A stretch of DNA of 64,000 bases from an uncultured Gammaproteobacteria bacterium (GCA_964599625.1 CAZRGC010000003.1:97759-161758); one strand, 5' to 3'. Positions 17,827 through 28,591 are shown, counted from the first letter of the stretch. Translations and numbers: made by a program. The notes: generated by a model from the letters alone, not told the origin.

Positions 17827-18219
17827 ATGAAAATCATCGGAATAGATTACGGAAGAAAAAAAATAGGAGTGGCACTTTCTATAAACGGATTTGTGGAGCC
17901 AATCAAGGTGTTGCATCTTTCCAACTACCAAGATGGTTTGCAAAAAATAAGAAGCGTGGTTGAATCCGAGAGTCCAGAAAAGATTGTCGTGGGTGTTTCT
18001 GAGGGCGAAATGGGCCTTGAGATAGAAGATTTTGCTGATGACTTGGCAGAAATGCTCAGTCCAACTCAGATTGAACTTTTTGATGAGACCCTCTCTACAA
18101 AAGATGCTAACTTTATTGCCAGGGAATCTGGTGTCGGACGTAAAAAGCTAAAAGAGATGGAAGATGCCTATGCGGCTACGATAATGCTCCAAAACTATTT
18201 AGACTCAAGCGTCTCGTAG
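17827..18219 (+). CDS. ruvX: Holliday-junction resolvase-like RuvX/YqgF
   Basis: The N-terminus is IIGIDYGRKKIGVALS and the size is 130 aa. It is adjacent to mltG, as in many bacteria. Confidence 0.8.
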   Translation: MKIIGIDYGRKKIGVALSINGFVEPIKVLHLSNYQDGLQKIRSVVESESPEKIVVGVSEGEMGLEIEDFADDLAEMLSPTQIELFDETLSTKDANFIARESGVGRKKLKEMEDAYAATIMLQNYLDSSVS

Positions 18220-18273
18220 TTTGCCAATTCTTGGCTGGTCCTAAAAAAGATAGTTTGGATTTGTCGAAAAAGG

Positions 18274-18507
18274 TTGACACGCCAGCCTTCGTGTTATACT
18301 TTTATTACACAAATGTTTAAAACAGTTATAGCACCAATACAGGCTTGGTTGATGAGTCAAGGAAGATGTGTGGGTTGTGGAACTGAACTTTCGGAAGGAA
18401 CAACCAAAAGTACAAGATTTGGTGAACAGGTTACCTGCAAAAAATGCGGTAGGATTTTTATCAAGAAAGACGGAAAATACCGCAGGGCCCTTCTTGAAGA
18501 GGTTTGA
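18274..18507 (+). CDS. small zinc-ribbon protein, hypothetical
   Basis: Two CxxC pairs are present (CVGCG…CKKCG). The start is possibly M18316. Confidence 0.35.
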   Translation: MTRQPSCYTFITQMFKTVIAPIQAWLMSQGRCVGCGTELSEGTTKSTRFGEQVTCKKCGRIFIKKDGKYRRALLEEV

Positions 18508-18515
18508 TTTTTTAA

Positions 18516-19487
18516 ATGAAAAAGCTACTTTACGTTCCTTTGTTTCTCTTGTTGCTTGCTTTGGGAATTTTTGCCTGGTTTTACTCAGTAATTAAACCCG
18601 TGGCATCAACCAAAGAGTTCACAACTTTTGTAATCAATAGGGGCCAGTCTGCAGGTCAAATTGCTCAAAATTTGGAAAGTTCTGGGATTATAAGAAGTGC
18701 TTTGGCTTTCAAAGTTTATCTTCAATTCACAAATCAGTCTGGAAAAATTCAAACGGGTGAATTTAGACTTTCGCCGGGACTTTCGCTGTTCGAAGTTGTT
18801 GATGCATTGCAAAAAGGACCATTGGAAATTTGGGTCACAATACCCGAAGGACTAAGAAGAGAAGAGGTGGCTTCAAGATTTGCAGATACTCTTGGAAAAG
18901 ATCAGCTGTTTGTCGACGAATTTTTGAGTCTGACTGAGGGCAAAGAAGGAATGCTTTTTCCTGACACATATCTGTTTCCTAAAGAAGCGTCTGCGTCATC
19001 AATTGTTAAAAAGTTGTTGAGCAATTTTGATGCCAAAACCCAAGGTTTGTCTTCCGCAACCAACCTTAACCCTAACCAAGTACTAACATTGGCATCCCTG
19101 ATCGAGAGAGAGACAAAAAAAGGCAGTGAAAGAGAAATTGTTGCGGGAATACTTTTGAAACGCATGGAAGCGGGTTGGCCCCTGCAGGTTGATGCTGCCG
19201 TTCAGTATGCAGTTGCAGATAAAAAGTCGGGAGGAAAGTCTTTGGATAATTGGTGGCCGATATTAACCAGAGATGACTTGGGAATAGATTCACCATACAA
19301 TACTTACAGGTTTCAGGGCCTACCACCGGCACCAATTGCAAACCCAGGGTTGACCGCAATTAAAGCTGCTTATAGTCCCCAAGACTCAGAATATTGGTAC
19401 TATATACATGACAACTCAGGTGTAATCCACTACGGCAGGACACTTGAAGAGCACAACCAAAACATTGCAAAGTACTTGGGGAAATGA
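18516..19487 (+). CDS. mltG: endolytic murein transglycosylase MltG (YceG-like)
   Basis: It has a signal/TM N-terminus and the YceG signature YNTYRFQGLPPAPIANPG. Confidence 0.85.
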   Translation: MKKLLYVPLFLLLLALGIFAWFYSVIKPVASTKEFTTFVINRGQSAGQIAQNLESSGIIRSALAFKVYLQFTNQSGKIQTGEFRLSPGLSLFEVVDALQKGPLEIWVTIPEGLRREEVASRFADTLGKDQLFVDEFLSLTEGKEGMLFPDTYLFPKEASASSIVKKLLSNFDAKTQGLSSATNLNPNQVLTLASLIERETKKGSEREIVAGILLKRMEAGWPLQVDAAVQYAVADKKSGGKSLDNWWPILTRDDLGIDSPYNTYRFQGLPPAPIANPGLTAIKAAYSPQDSEYWYYIHDNSGVIHYGRTLEEHNQNIAKYLGK

Positions 19488-19500
19488 TCTATATTACCTG

Positions 19501-19528
19501 TTGACATGGTGTATTTTTCTAATATAAT
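19501..19528 (+). promoter_or_regulatory. sigma70-type promoter for rpoB (TTGACA-N16-TATAAT)
   Basis: Both hexamers are exact consensus. Two hairpins follow in the leader at 19538-19557 and 19562-19581. Confidence 0.65.
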
Positions 19529-19605
19529 CCCCATTAGGCGTACATAGATTGGTACGCCAGTCCCGCTTCTTTGTAGCGGGAATTTAGTGTCTTTAAACTA
19601 CAAAA

Positions 19606-22600
19606 ATGAACTCAAAAACTAACCGCAGAAATTTTGGTAAAGATGACACAAACCTCCCAGTCATAAATTTATCAGAAGTCCAAACAGAAAGCTGGAAGTG
19701 GTTTTTGACAGAAGGAATCAAAGAAGAACTCATTCAAATTTCCCCAATTGATGATTTTACCGGGAAAAACTGGCAACTAATTCTCGGAGACCATTCCTTG
19801 GGAGTCCCCACAATTTCTCCAAGACAGGCACAGAAAAAAGGCATAACATACTCCTCACCTTTGAAGATAAGAGCAACTTTAGTAAACAAGAAAAATGGAC
19901 GTGAAGTAACCCAGGATGTTTTCTTGGGAGATATTCCACAAATGACTACCCGTGGCACCTTCATCGTTAACGGAATTGAAAGAGCAGTTATCAACCAGAT
20001 TGTCAGATCTCCGGGAGCATATTTCTCAGGTGAACTCGATCCTTCATCAGGAAGGGTTTTGTATAAGGCTGAAATCAGACCACTTCACGGAAGTTGGTTG
20101 GAATTTGAAGTTACAAGAGGTGATCTCATTTATGCAAGAATTGACAGGCGCAGAAAAGTGTTGGCGACCACTTTCCTGAGGGCAATGGGTCTTGAATCCG
20201 ATCAGGAAATAATGTCTGCCTTTGCAGATTCTGATAAACATGCAGAACATAAATATATTGCCACAACACTTGCTAAGGATTCCACAAAGACTAGGGAAGA
20301 AGCTCTTATAGAAATTTACAGAAAAATGAGGCCAGGAGAACCAGCTGTTTTGGACAATGCCGAAACACTTTTTGCTACTCTTTTTACAGACGGCAGAAGG
20401 TACGACCTTGGTAAAGTTGGAAGGTTCAAGATTAATAAAAGACTTGGTGTAACTCTTCCCAACGATAAGTCCACATGGGTTTTAACAAAACAAGACGCAG
20501 CCGCATCGATCAATTACCTTTTGGGACTCCAAAATGGAAACGGAAGAATTGACGACATTGACCATCTTAGCAATCGAAGACTCAGAAGAGTTGGTGAACT
20601 TGTTGCTGTCAACGCATTTAGAGTGGGACTTTTAAGACTTGAAAGGTCCGTTAAGGAAAAGATGAGTTTGATTTCCCCTGATGACAAACCTCTTCCTGCA
20701 AGCCTCATCAACGCAAGACCTTTAATAGCATCACTAAACGAATTTTTCCGAAGCAATCAGCTGTCAACCATATTGGATGACACAAACCCCTTGAGTGAGG
20801 TAGATAACCTTAGACGTGTTTCTGTTCTTGGTACGGGTGGTATAAACAGGGAACGTGCAAGTTTCTCAATTCGTGACGTTAACGCTTCTCAATATGGAAG
20901 AATTGATCCGGTCAGAAGCCCTGAAGGACCAAACATTGGATTGGTAACATATCTTACCCTTTACGCAAAAGTAGACGAATTTGGATTTATTCAGGCTCCA
21001 TACAAAAAAGTTGAAAAAGTTAACGGAAAAATGAAAATCTCAGATGAGGTGTCCTACCTTACAGCCGACGACGAAGAAGACAAATACATTACCCATTCGG
21101 GAGTTGGAGTCGATAAAGACGGTTTTATAACAGATACTCGTGTACCGCTTAGACAAAGAGGAAAGTTTATCGAAGGTGACGTCGAGCTTGTTGAGTATAT
21201 TGACATTACACCTAGAGAAGTTATTGGTGCATCTGCTTCTCTCATTCCGTTTTTGGCCAACGACGAAGGTAACAGAGCCCTCATGGGAAGTAACATGCAA
21301 TGTCAGTCTGTTCCTCTTGTAAATCCGGAATCTCCAGTGGTCGGAACTGGTATGGAAAAGGTAATTTCGGCAGGAATGCAGAGAGTTTTTACAGCCAGGC
21401 ACGCAGGAGTTGTTGAATGGGTTGACGGGGAAAAAGTAATAGTCAAACTGGACAAGAAGGAAGAGACAGAGCCGGGAACCGAGATGGAGGACGTTGAGAT
21501 TACTGACGGAGGAAAGAAAGAAGTCTATTATCTTACAAAGTTTAAGCGCACTGCTCACTCAACTGCTTACAACCAAATAGCACGGGCAATGCCAGGCCAG
21601 AAAGTTAATGTTGGAGATCTTTTGGTGGACGGTCCTGCAAGTCAGCACGGAGAGCTTGGACTTGGACGTAATTTGGTGGTTGCTTATGCAAACTATGGTG
21701 GATACGGTTTTGAGGACGCTATTCTCATATCCGACAGATTAGTCAGAGAAGATCTTTTGACCTCTATTCATATCGAAGAATACGACGCCGAGGTTGTTGA
21801 TACCAAACTTGGTCCTGAAGAAATTACCAACGACATTCCTAACGTTTCCGAAGCCGAACTTGCAAATTTGGCAAGTGATGGAATTGTAATGATTGGAGCC
21901 GAAGTTGGCCCCAATGACATTTTGGTGGGTAAAATCGCACCAAAAGGAGAAACAGAGCTGACATCTGAGGAGAGGCTTCTGAGAGCCATATTCGGTGAAA
22001 AGGCAAGAGAAGTTAGAGACACATCTCTAAGAGTTCCTCATGGAGAAAAAGGAATTGTAGTTGATGTTCAGGTTTTGGATCGCGACAAGGGTGATGAACT
22101 AGGGGCAGGTGTAATCAAAAAGGTTATAGTCAGAGTAGCCCAAATCAGAAAGATCACAGTAGGTGACAAAGTTGCGGGCCGTCACGGAAACAAGGGTGTT
22201 GTTGCTAAAGTAATGCCAGTTGCAGACATGCCTTATATGGAAGACGGAACACCTGTAGATATTATTATCTCCCCACTTTCTGTTATTTCCCGTATGAATT
22301 TGGGACAGCTCATGGAAGCACATCTCGGATGGGCACTTCTTAAAAAAGGTGACAAAGCTGCACTCCCTGTTTTTGACAAGATTGGTGCAGACACAATTAC
22401 AAATGAGCTTAAAGATGCCGGTCTTCCTGTAACAGGAAAAACACGACTTTATGACGGTAGAACCGGTGAGCCGTTCAAAGAGGATACTGTGGTCGGAGTT
22501 TCATACATCATGAAGCTTATCCACATGGTGGAGGACAAGACTCATGCACGCTCAACAGGTCCGTACTCACTGGTTACACAACAGCCGTTGGGAGGAAAAG

Positions 22601-22974
22601 CTCAAATGGGAGGTCAGAGACTTGGAGAAATGGAAGTCTGGGCACTCGAGGCACACCGTGCCAGCCATACATTGCAGGAAATGCTTACCATTAAATCCGA
22701 CGATGTGTTAGGGCGTGCCAAAGCATTCGAAGCAATTGTCAAAGGAATTGATATTCCAGAAGCAACAATACCAGAGTCGTTTAAGGTTTTGGTTAGGGAA
22801 CTTAACTCATTGGGTCTTGCAATTGACCCTAAAGGAGTTAGCCTTGCAAAGGTAGAGGAAACATCAACAGACGAAGGGGCGATTCTTGCAGAAGCAGCCG
22901 GAGCTGAATTGGTTGCAACAGAAGAACTTTTAGCCAAAGACAGTCCAATGGAAGTCGAGGAGGCGGCAGTCTAA
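19606..22974 (+). CDS. rpoB: DNA-directed RNA polymerase subunit beta
   Basis: 1122 aa with conserved RpoB blocks (…GRHGNKGVVAKVMPVADMPYMEDGTPVDII…). Confidence 0.97.
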   Translation: MNSKTNRRNFGKDDTNLPVINLSEVQTESWKWFLTEGIKEELIQISPIDDFTGKNWQLILGDHSLGVPTISPRQAQKKGITYSSPLKIRATLVNKKNGREVTQDVFLGDIPQMTTRGTFIVNGIERAVINQIVRSPGAYFSGELDPSSGRVLYKAEIRPLHGSWLEFEVTRGDLIYARIDRRRKVLATTFLRAMGLESDQEIMSAFADSDKHAEHKYIATTLAKDSTKTREEALIEIYRKMRPGEPAVLDNAETLFATLFTDGRRYDLGKVGRFKINKRLGVTLPNDKSTWVLTKQDAAASINYLLGLQNGNGRIDDIDHLSNRRLRRVGELVAVNAFRVGLLRLERSVKEKMSLISPDDKPLPASLINARPLIASLNEFFRSNQLSTILDDTNPLSEVDNLRRVSVLGTGGINRERASFSIRDVNASQYGRIDPVRSPEGPNIGLVTYLTLYAKVDEFGFIQAPYKKVEKVNGKMKISDEVSYLTADDEEDKYITHSGVGVDKDGFITDTRVPLRQRGKFIEGDVELVEYIDITPREVIGASASLIPFLANDEGNRALMGSNMQCQSVPLVNPESPVVGTGMEKVISAGMQRVFTARHAGVVEWVDGEKVIVKLDKKEETEPGTEMEDVEITDGGKKEVYYLTKFKRTAHSTAYNQIARAMPGQKVNVGDLLVDGPASQHGELGLGRNLVVAYANYGGYGFEDAILISDRLVREDLLTSIHIEEYDAEVVDTKLGPEEITNDIPNVSEAELANLASDGIVMIGAEVGPNDILVGKIAPKGETELTSEERLLRAIFGEKAREVRDTSLRVPHGEKGIVVDVQVLDRDKGDELGAGVIKKVIVRVAQIRKITVGDKVAGRHGNKGVVAKVMPVADMPYMEDGTPVDIIISPLSVISRMNLGQLMEAHLGWALLKKGDKAALPVFDKIGADTITNELKDAGLPVTGKTRLYDGRTGEPFKEDTVVGVSYIMKLIHMVEDKTHARSTGPYSLVTQQPLGGKAQMGGQRLGEMEVWALEAHRASHTLQEMLTIKSDDVLGRAKAFEAIVKGIDIPEATIPESFKVLVRELNSLGLAIDPKGVSLAKVEETSTDEGAILAEAAGAELVATEELLAKDSPMEVEEAAV

Positions 22975-23023
22975 AAAAATTGAAGCTTAACCAAGGCTAA
23001 AAATTTGGTAAAATACGAAAATT

Positions 23024-26000
23024 ATGGAACAAATGGCAGATCTAAAAAACTTAGCAGACTTTAAGAGTCTTTTGGTGCGTTTCGCGTCACCGGAAGAAAT
23101 CAGAGCTTGGAGCCGTGGAGAAATAACCAAACCCGAGACAATCAACTACAGAACCCTCAAGCCGGAGAAAGATGGACTTTTTGACGAAAGGATCTTTGGA
23201 CCTACAAAAGATTGGGAGTGTTATTGTGGTAAGTACAAGAGGATTAGATACAAAGGAGTTATTTGTGATAAATGTGGTGTCGAAGTCACCCAATCTCGTG
23301 TTAGACGCGAAAGAATGGGTCATATCACACTTGCTTCGCCGGTTGCACATGTCTGGTTCTTTAAAGGTGCACCTTCAAAGATCTCACTTCTTTTAGGGGT
23401 TGCTCCAAGAGGAATTGAACAAGTGGTCTATTTTGCAAGATATTTGGTCACTGAAGTAGACGAAGAGAAGAAGAAAGATGCCATGAAGAGCATTGAGAAT
23501 GCCAAGAATGAAAGACTCGACGAAATCGCAGAAGGTTTTAAATCCAGAAAAGATGCACTCAAGCAAGAAGAGAAAGAAGCTAAGGACAAAATATCTGCAA
23601 AAATCAAAGACAAAGAACAGGCGTCATTAGCCATAAGTGAAATCGAGCTTTCATTAAGAAAGAAAGAAGCTGCAGTAGGCGAAGAAGAAAAAGGTACTAT
23701 TTCCAAAACAGAACAGCTTTTTGAAAATCTTAACCTTGTAATTAAAAGCCTTAAACCTCTTAGTATTCTTTCTGAAGAAGAATACGATGAGCTTTATCAG
23801 CATGGTGCAGCAGATTTCTTTACAGCCAAAATGGGTGCTGACGCAGTATTGGAAGCCGTATCCAAACTTAATTTGGAAGAAATAGTCAAACCTTTGAGAG
23901 AAGAAATCACAACAATTAAGGGTGGAAGTAGCAAGTATGTGAAATTGGTTAAAAGACTCAAGCTTATAGAAGGACTCAAAAGAGCAAAGGTAAATCCTTC
24001 GTGGATGGTTCTTAAGGTTCTTCCGGTGCTTCCGCCAGACTTGAGACCAATGGTTCAACTTTCAGGCGGGAGATTTGCAACAAGCGATCTTAACGATCTT
24101 TATAGAAGAGTAATCAACAGAAACAACAGATTAAAACATCTTATTAGTCTTGGTGCCCCCGAAATTATCTTGAGAAACGAAAAGAGAATGTTGCAGGAAG
24201 CAGTCGACTCTTTGATTGATGCATCCCAAAGAAAGGCAACAAGAAAGTCCCGAGGTAGACAACCATTAAGGTCGCTTTCCGACATGCTTCGTGGTAAACA
24301 GGGAAGATTCAGACAAAACCTTTTGGGTAAACGTGTCGACTATTCCGGCAGGAGCGTCATCATCGTCGGACCCGAACTCAAACTCACTCAGTGCGGACTT
24401 CCCAAAGATATGGCTCTTGAAATGTTTAAGCCTTTTGTTCTTCGTGAAATGATTGCCAGAGGAATTGCACCCAACGTAAAAAGTGCCAAAAACATGCTCG
24501 AAAGACGACCTCCCGAGGTGTTTGATATTTTGGAAGAAATCACCAAAGATCATCCTGTGCTTTTGAATCGTGCGCCAACTTTGCACAAACTTTCAATTCA
24601 GGCTTTTTATCCTGTTCTTATTGAAGGGAGCGCAATAAGACTTCATCCTGCAGTTTGTAGCGGATTTAACGCAGACTTTGACGGAGACCAGATGGCTGTA
24701 CACGTTCCACTTTCAAAACAGGCTATCGAAGAGGCCAGAGCCTTGATGCTTCCATCCAACAACTTGCTTAGACCTGCTGACGGATCTCCTGTTGCCACCC
24801 CTTCGTCTAAAGAAATTGCTTTGGGCGCTTATTATCTCACCAGTGATGACGACAGAATTCCGATGGGTGAAACTGTTTTTTCAGACAAAGACGAAGCCAT
24901 ATATGCATATCAGTGTGGACGAATTGAGGTAAGGCAAAAAATAAACGTTTATATGAGTGGCAAAATAGTTACAACAACAGTTGGAAGAATTCTTTTCAAC
25001 GAAGTTTTGCCAGAGAACTTTGATTATGTGAACGAGGCGGCGACATCATCGCTCATCAAGGGACTATTCGTAAAAGCTTATGCCACAGTATCCAAAGATA
25101 GAGTTGTTCAAATGGTAGACGACATTAAAGACCTCGGATTTTTGGGAGGGACAATGTCTGGTATATCTTTTGGAGTGTTTGATGCCAAAGTCTATCCCGG
25201 AAAAGCAGATGTTCTTAAAGAAGCAGATGCAAAAGTTGCCGAAATCGAAGACAACTTTGATCAGGGGCTTATCACAGCAGAAGAGAAAAAGCGCCTTACT
25301 CAGGAAGTTTGGATCGACGTTTCTGAGGACTTGGCAGACAAGACTTGGAACGAAATGGAGCCCACAAACCCAATTAGGGTTGTTATTGATGCAAAAGTAG
25401 GTCGTGCAAGCAAAGATCAAGTTAAACAGCTTGCAGCCATCCGCGGACTTGTTGTTGACCCGCTTGGAAAAATCGTTGAACTTCCTATTAAGTCCAACTT
25501 CAGGGAAGGACTTTCGATATTTGAATATGTTACATCATCTCGTGGTTCCAGAAAGGGTCTTACCGATACAGCTATCAAAACCGCCGACGCAGGTTATCTT
25601 ACACGCCGTTTGGTAGACGTTGCTCATGACGTGATCATTAGACTCGAAGATTGTGAAGCCAAAGAAGGACTAATCATTAAAAGAGACATCAGGACACCGG
25701 CATTTTATGCCAGAATCCTTGGAAGGTTTGCAGCAAAAGATGTTGTAGGGAAAGATGGGAAGAAAGTTTTGGTTCCCGCCGGCGAGCTTATTGACGAAGA
25801 AAAAGCAAAAATGATCGACGAAAGTGGAATTTCAGAACTTACTTTGAGATCTCCTCTGGAGTGCAGGGCCAGATATGGAATGTGTGCCAAGTGTTACGGA
25901 TGGGATTTGGGTACCAAGAAAGTTGTTGATTTGGGAATGCCTGTGGGAGTTGTTGCTGCACAATCAATCGGAGAGCCTGGAACCCAGCTAACACTTCGTA

Positions 26001-26743
26001 CTAAACACGCAGCTGGTGTGGTTGGAGTAGACGTTACACAAGGTCTTCCTAGGGTTGAAGAACTTGTGGAATCAAGAATTCCCAAAGTTGTGTCTGCACT
26101 TTCAGAAATCGCAGGCAAAGTCAGAGTTGGTGAAGCAGAAGAAGGTTGGACTGTTACCGTTGTTAGCAAGGGTACTCCCAAAGAAGAGAAGTCATACATT
26201 ATTCCAAAGACCTTGGAACTGGCAGTGGGAGATGGAGATCTTATAGACTCGGGTACACCTTTGGCCAAAGGACCGCTTGATATCAAAGATGTTCTTTCTA
26301 TAAAAGGGCTGAGAGCTGCTCAGGAATATTTGGTAAACGAAATCCAAAGAGTCTATGAATCTCAGGGAATTCCCATTAATGACAAACACTTTGAGGTAAT
26401 TGTCCGAAAGATGAGTGATGAAGTAAGGATTGTTACAACAGGAGACACTCCTTTCCTTCCGGGAGAGCTTACAAGTCGTGCAGTATTTGAAGAAGAAAAC
26501 GAAAAAGTTTTGGCAGCGGGTGGGGAACCTGCAAGCGCACAACAAGTTGTCTTGGGAATTACCAGAAGGGCTTTGTACACAGACAGCTGGCTTTCGGCAG
26601 CATCTTTTGAACAGACAACAGATGTTCTTACGGAGGCTTCACTCTTGGGCCGAGAAGACAGGCTTATTGGACTCAAGGAAAACGTTATCATCGGAAGACT
26701 TATTCCGGTTTCCCCAGAACGGGCCGCCTTGCCTCAGAAGTAA
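23024..26743 (+). CDS. rpoC: DNA-directed RNA polymerase subunit beta'
   Basis: 1239 aa. The Zn finger is CYCGKYKRIRYKGVICDKCG and the catalytic motif is NADFDGDQM. Confidence 0.97.
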   Translation: MEQMADLKNLADFKSLLVRFASPEEIRAWSRGEITKPETINYRTLKPEKDGLFDERIFGPTKDWECYCGKYKRIRYKGVICDKCGVEVTQSRVRRERMGHITLASPVAHVWFFKGAPSKISLLLGVAPRGIEQVVYFARYLVTEVDEEKKKDAMKSIENAKNERLDEIAEGFKSRKDALKQEEKEAKDKISAKIKDKEQASLAISEIELSLRKKEAAVGEEEKGTISKTEQLFENLNLVIKSLKPLSILSEEEYDELYQHGAADFFTAKMGADAVLEAVSKLNLEEIVKPLREEITTIKGGSSKYVKLVKRLKLIEGLKRAKVNPSWMVLKVLPVLPPDLRPMVQLSGGRFATSDLNDLYRRVINRNNRLKHLISLGAPEIILRNEKRMLQEAVDSLIDASQRKATRKSRGRQPLRSLSDMLRGKQGRFRQNLLGKRVDYSGRSVIIVGPELKLTQCGLPKDMALEMFKPFVLREMIARGIAPNVKSAKNMLERRPPEVFDILEEITKDHPVLLNRAPTLHKLSIQAFYPVLIEGSAIRLHPAVCSGFNADFDGDQMAVHVPLSKQAIEEARALMLPSNNLLRPADGSPVATPSSKEIALGAYYLTSDDDRIPMGETVFSDKDEAIYAYQCGRIEVRQKINVYMSGKIVTTTVGRILFNEVLPENFDYVNEAATSSLIKGLFVKAYATVSKDRVVQMVDDIKDLGFLGGTMSGISFGVFDAKVYPGKADVLKEADAKVAEIEDNFDQGLITAEEKKRLTQEVWIDVSEDLADKTWNEMEPTNPIRVVIDAKVGRASKDQVKQLAAIRGLVVDPLGKIVELPIKSNFREGLSIFEYVTSSRGSRKGLTDTAIKTADAGYLTRRLVDVAHDVIIRLEDCEAKEGLIIKRDIRTPAFYARILGRFAAKDVVGKDGKKVLVPAGELIDEEKAKMIDESGISELTLRSPLECRARYGMCAKCYGWDLGTKKVVDLGMPVGVVAAQSIGEPGTQLTLRTKHAAGVVGVDVTQGLPRVEELVESRIPKVVSALSEIAGKVRVGEAEEGWTVTVVSKGTPKEEKSYIIPKTLELAVGDGDLIDSGTPLAKGPLDIKDVLSIKGLRAAQEYLVNEIQRVYESQGIPINDKHFEVIVRKMSDEVRIVTTGDTPFLPGELTSRAVFEEENEKVLAAGGEPASAQQVVLGITRRALYTDSWLSAASFEQTTDVLTEASLLGREDRLIGLKENVIIGRLIPVSPERAALPQK

Positions 26744-26789
26744 GGTAGATGATACAATACAGCCTTGAATTAACCTAAACCGATTTATT

Positions 26790-27215
26790 ATGCCAACAAT
26801 TAACCAACTTACCAGGAAAGGTAGAAAAAGAGTTATTAAGAAAATGAAAACTACTTCTCTCAAGAAGTGGTTTAACGCTAAAGAAAGAAGTTTCAAAGAA
26901 AACCCTTCGGCTTTCAAAAGAGGGGTGGTTTTGGCTGTGCGTACTATGACTCCCAGAAAACCAAATTCGGCTCTTCGAAAAGTTGCCAGGGTTAGGCTTT
27001 CCAACAAGCAGGAAGTTACAGCTTATATTCCAGGTGAAGGGCACGAACTCGCCGAGCATTCTATCGTATTGGTCCGAGGAGGGCGTGTTAAGGATTTGGC
27101 CGGGGTTAAATATCATGTAGTTCGTGGAAAGTTTGACACAACCGGTGTTACTGGAAGAATTAACGGTCGAAGCAAATATGGAGCAAAGATGAATCAAAAA
27201 GCAGCAACTAAATAA
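26790..27215 (+). CDS. rpsL: 30S ribosomal protein S12 (with ~13-aa N-terminal-region insertion)
   Basis: [16 protein letters not shown]…[18 protein letters not shown] is canonical. The extra segment is [13 protein letters not shown]. Confidence 0.95.
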   Translation: MPTINQLTRKGRKRVIKKMKTTSLKKWFNAKERSFKENPSAFKRGVVLAVRTMTPRKPNSALRKVARVRLSNKQEVTAYIPGEGHELAEHSIVLVRGGRVKDLAGVKYHVVRGKFDTTGVTGRINGRSKYGAKMNQKAATK

Positions 27216-27217
27216 AT

Positions 27218-27697
27218 ATGTCACGAAAAGGACAGTTCAGAAGAATAAAAGCACAGCCCGACCCGGTTTACGGAAGTTTCCTTATTTCCAAGCTCATCAA
27301 CAGGGCAATGTTTGATGGCAAAAAGTCTGTTGCCAGAAAAGAAATATATAGCGCGCTCGAGATCATAAGAGAAAAGATGGGCGAAGATCCGGTTAAAGTC
27401 TTCGACAGAGCAATGGAAAATATTAAGCCTGTGATGGAAGTCAGACCCAGACGTGTAGGAGGAGCTGCCTATCAGGTTCCTCAACAGGTCAGAGGTGATA
27501 GGCGTGAATCTTTGGGAATAAGGTGGTTGGTTGCAGCAGCAAATTCAAAATCCAACTCCGAATTCAAGACATTTGGTCACAAAATGGCCCAAGAAATAAT
27601 GGACGCGGCAAAGGGCGAAGGGGCGTCTGTCAAAAAGAGACAGGATGTCGAACGTGTTGCCGAAGCCAACAAAGCCTTCAGCCATTTTAGATGGTAA
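27218..27697 (+). CDS. rpsG: 30S ribosomal protein S7
   Basis: Canonical S7 sequence, 159 aa. Confidence 0.95.
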   Translation: MSRKGQFRRIKAQPDPVYGSFLISKLINRAMFDGKKSVARKEIYSALEIIREKMGEDPVKVFDRAMENIKPVMEVRPRRVGGAAYQVPQQVRGDRRESLGIRWLVAAANSKSNSEFKTFGHKMAQEIMDAAKGEGASVKKRQDVERVAEANKAFSHFRW

Positions 27698-27731
27698 ATA
27701 TGGTTTGTCACTCAAGGTGATAATATAAAAC

Positions 27732-28511
27732 ATGTCTGGCCCCGATTCCCCTTTTCACTCAGACTCAAGTGTTTTCGAAACAAAAAACTCTCATATAGAC
27801 ACCCCTTTAGAGACAGTAATAAAAGCGGATTATTGGGCCAATTCACATTATCCTCAAATGTGGATAGCAAAACGCCTGGTTACAACGCACGCAGCTTTGG
27901 AACAGGTGCTTGCGGGAAAGTTGTTGTGGAGTGATTTTTCCACATCACAACTCCCCGACGTTTTTATTGAACCCCATATGAAAGAAAAGGCAAATAAAGC
28001 ACATGCTGCATATGGGCAACCTGCAATAATGGATCGTGATCTTAACAACCTGTGGAGGTCTGATGTAAGTGATGTATCAAATACACTTTGGAATTTGCTG
28101 CCCGACAAGGGAGACCCGTTGGAAATCCAAGACGTAACAATTGCCAAAGCCTTGAAAGACCCAAAAAATAAACAGTTTTTTGGGTCGTTGTTGGGTGTAT
28201 TGGCGGCAGAGAAGTCGGCCTTGGAAAGCCAGGAGTGCCTGGAGATATCAAAAGACCTGCGTGAGTCATTAAGAGACCTTCATCATAAAAAATTTGACCG
28301 CGGGTATAGTTTTTCTTTAAAGGAACAAGCTGACTTAAGGGTCAGATGGAACGCTATTTCAGACCGTCTCGAGTCTGTTTTGCAGCGGGAGCTTTCAAAG
28401 GCCAATCAAAAAGCAAAACTGATGCTTAACGATAGCCAATTGGAGTTTCTAACGCATCAAATCCATGTTGGTTCGAGAGTTGTGGCCAGTACGCCGATGG
28501 AGTCTTTTTGA
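27732..28511 (+). CDS. hypothetical protein inserted between rpsG and fusA
   Basis: A 259-aa ORF starting 34 nt after rpsG. No recognisable motif. Its composition looks GC-richer than the neighbours. Confidence 0.5.
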   Translation: MSGPDSPFHSDSSVFETKNSHIDTPLETVIKADYWANSHYPQMWIAKRLVTTHAALEQVLAGKLLWSDFSTSQLPDVFIEPHMKEKANKAHAAYGQPAIMDRDLNNLWRSDVSDVSNTLWNLLPDKGDPLEIQDVTIAKALKDPKNKQFFGSLLGVLAAEKSALESQECLEISKDLRESLRDLHHKKFDRGYSFSLKEQADLRVRWNAISDRLESVLQRELSKANQKAKLMLNDSQLEFLTHQIHVGSRVVASTPMESF

Positions 28512-28591
28512 TTCATATTGAGCTTTGGAGTTTTAACTGATAAAATCACTTTTGCTTCCGATAGGGAGTTTTTTGTTTGGATCTTACTTAA

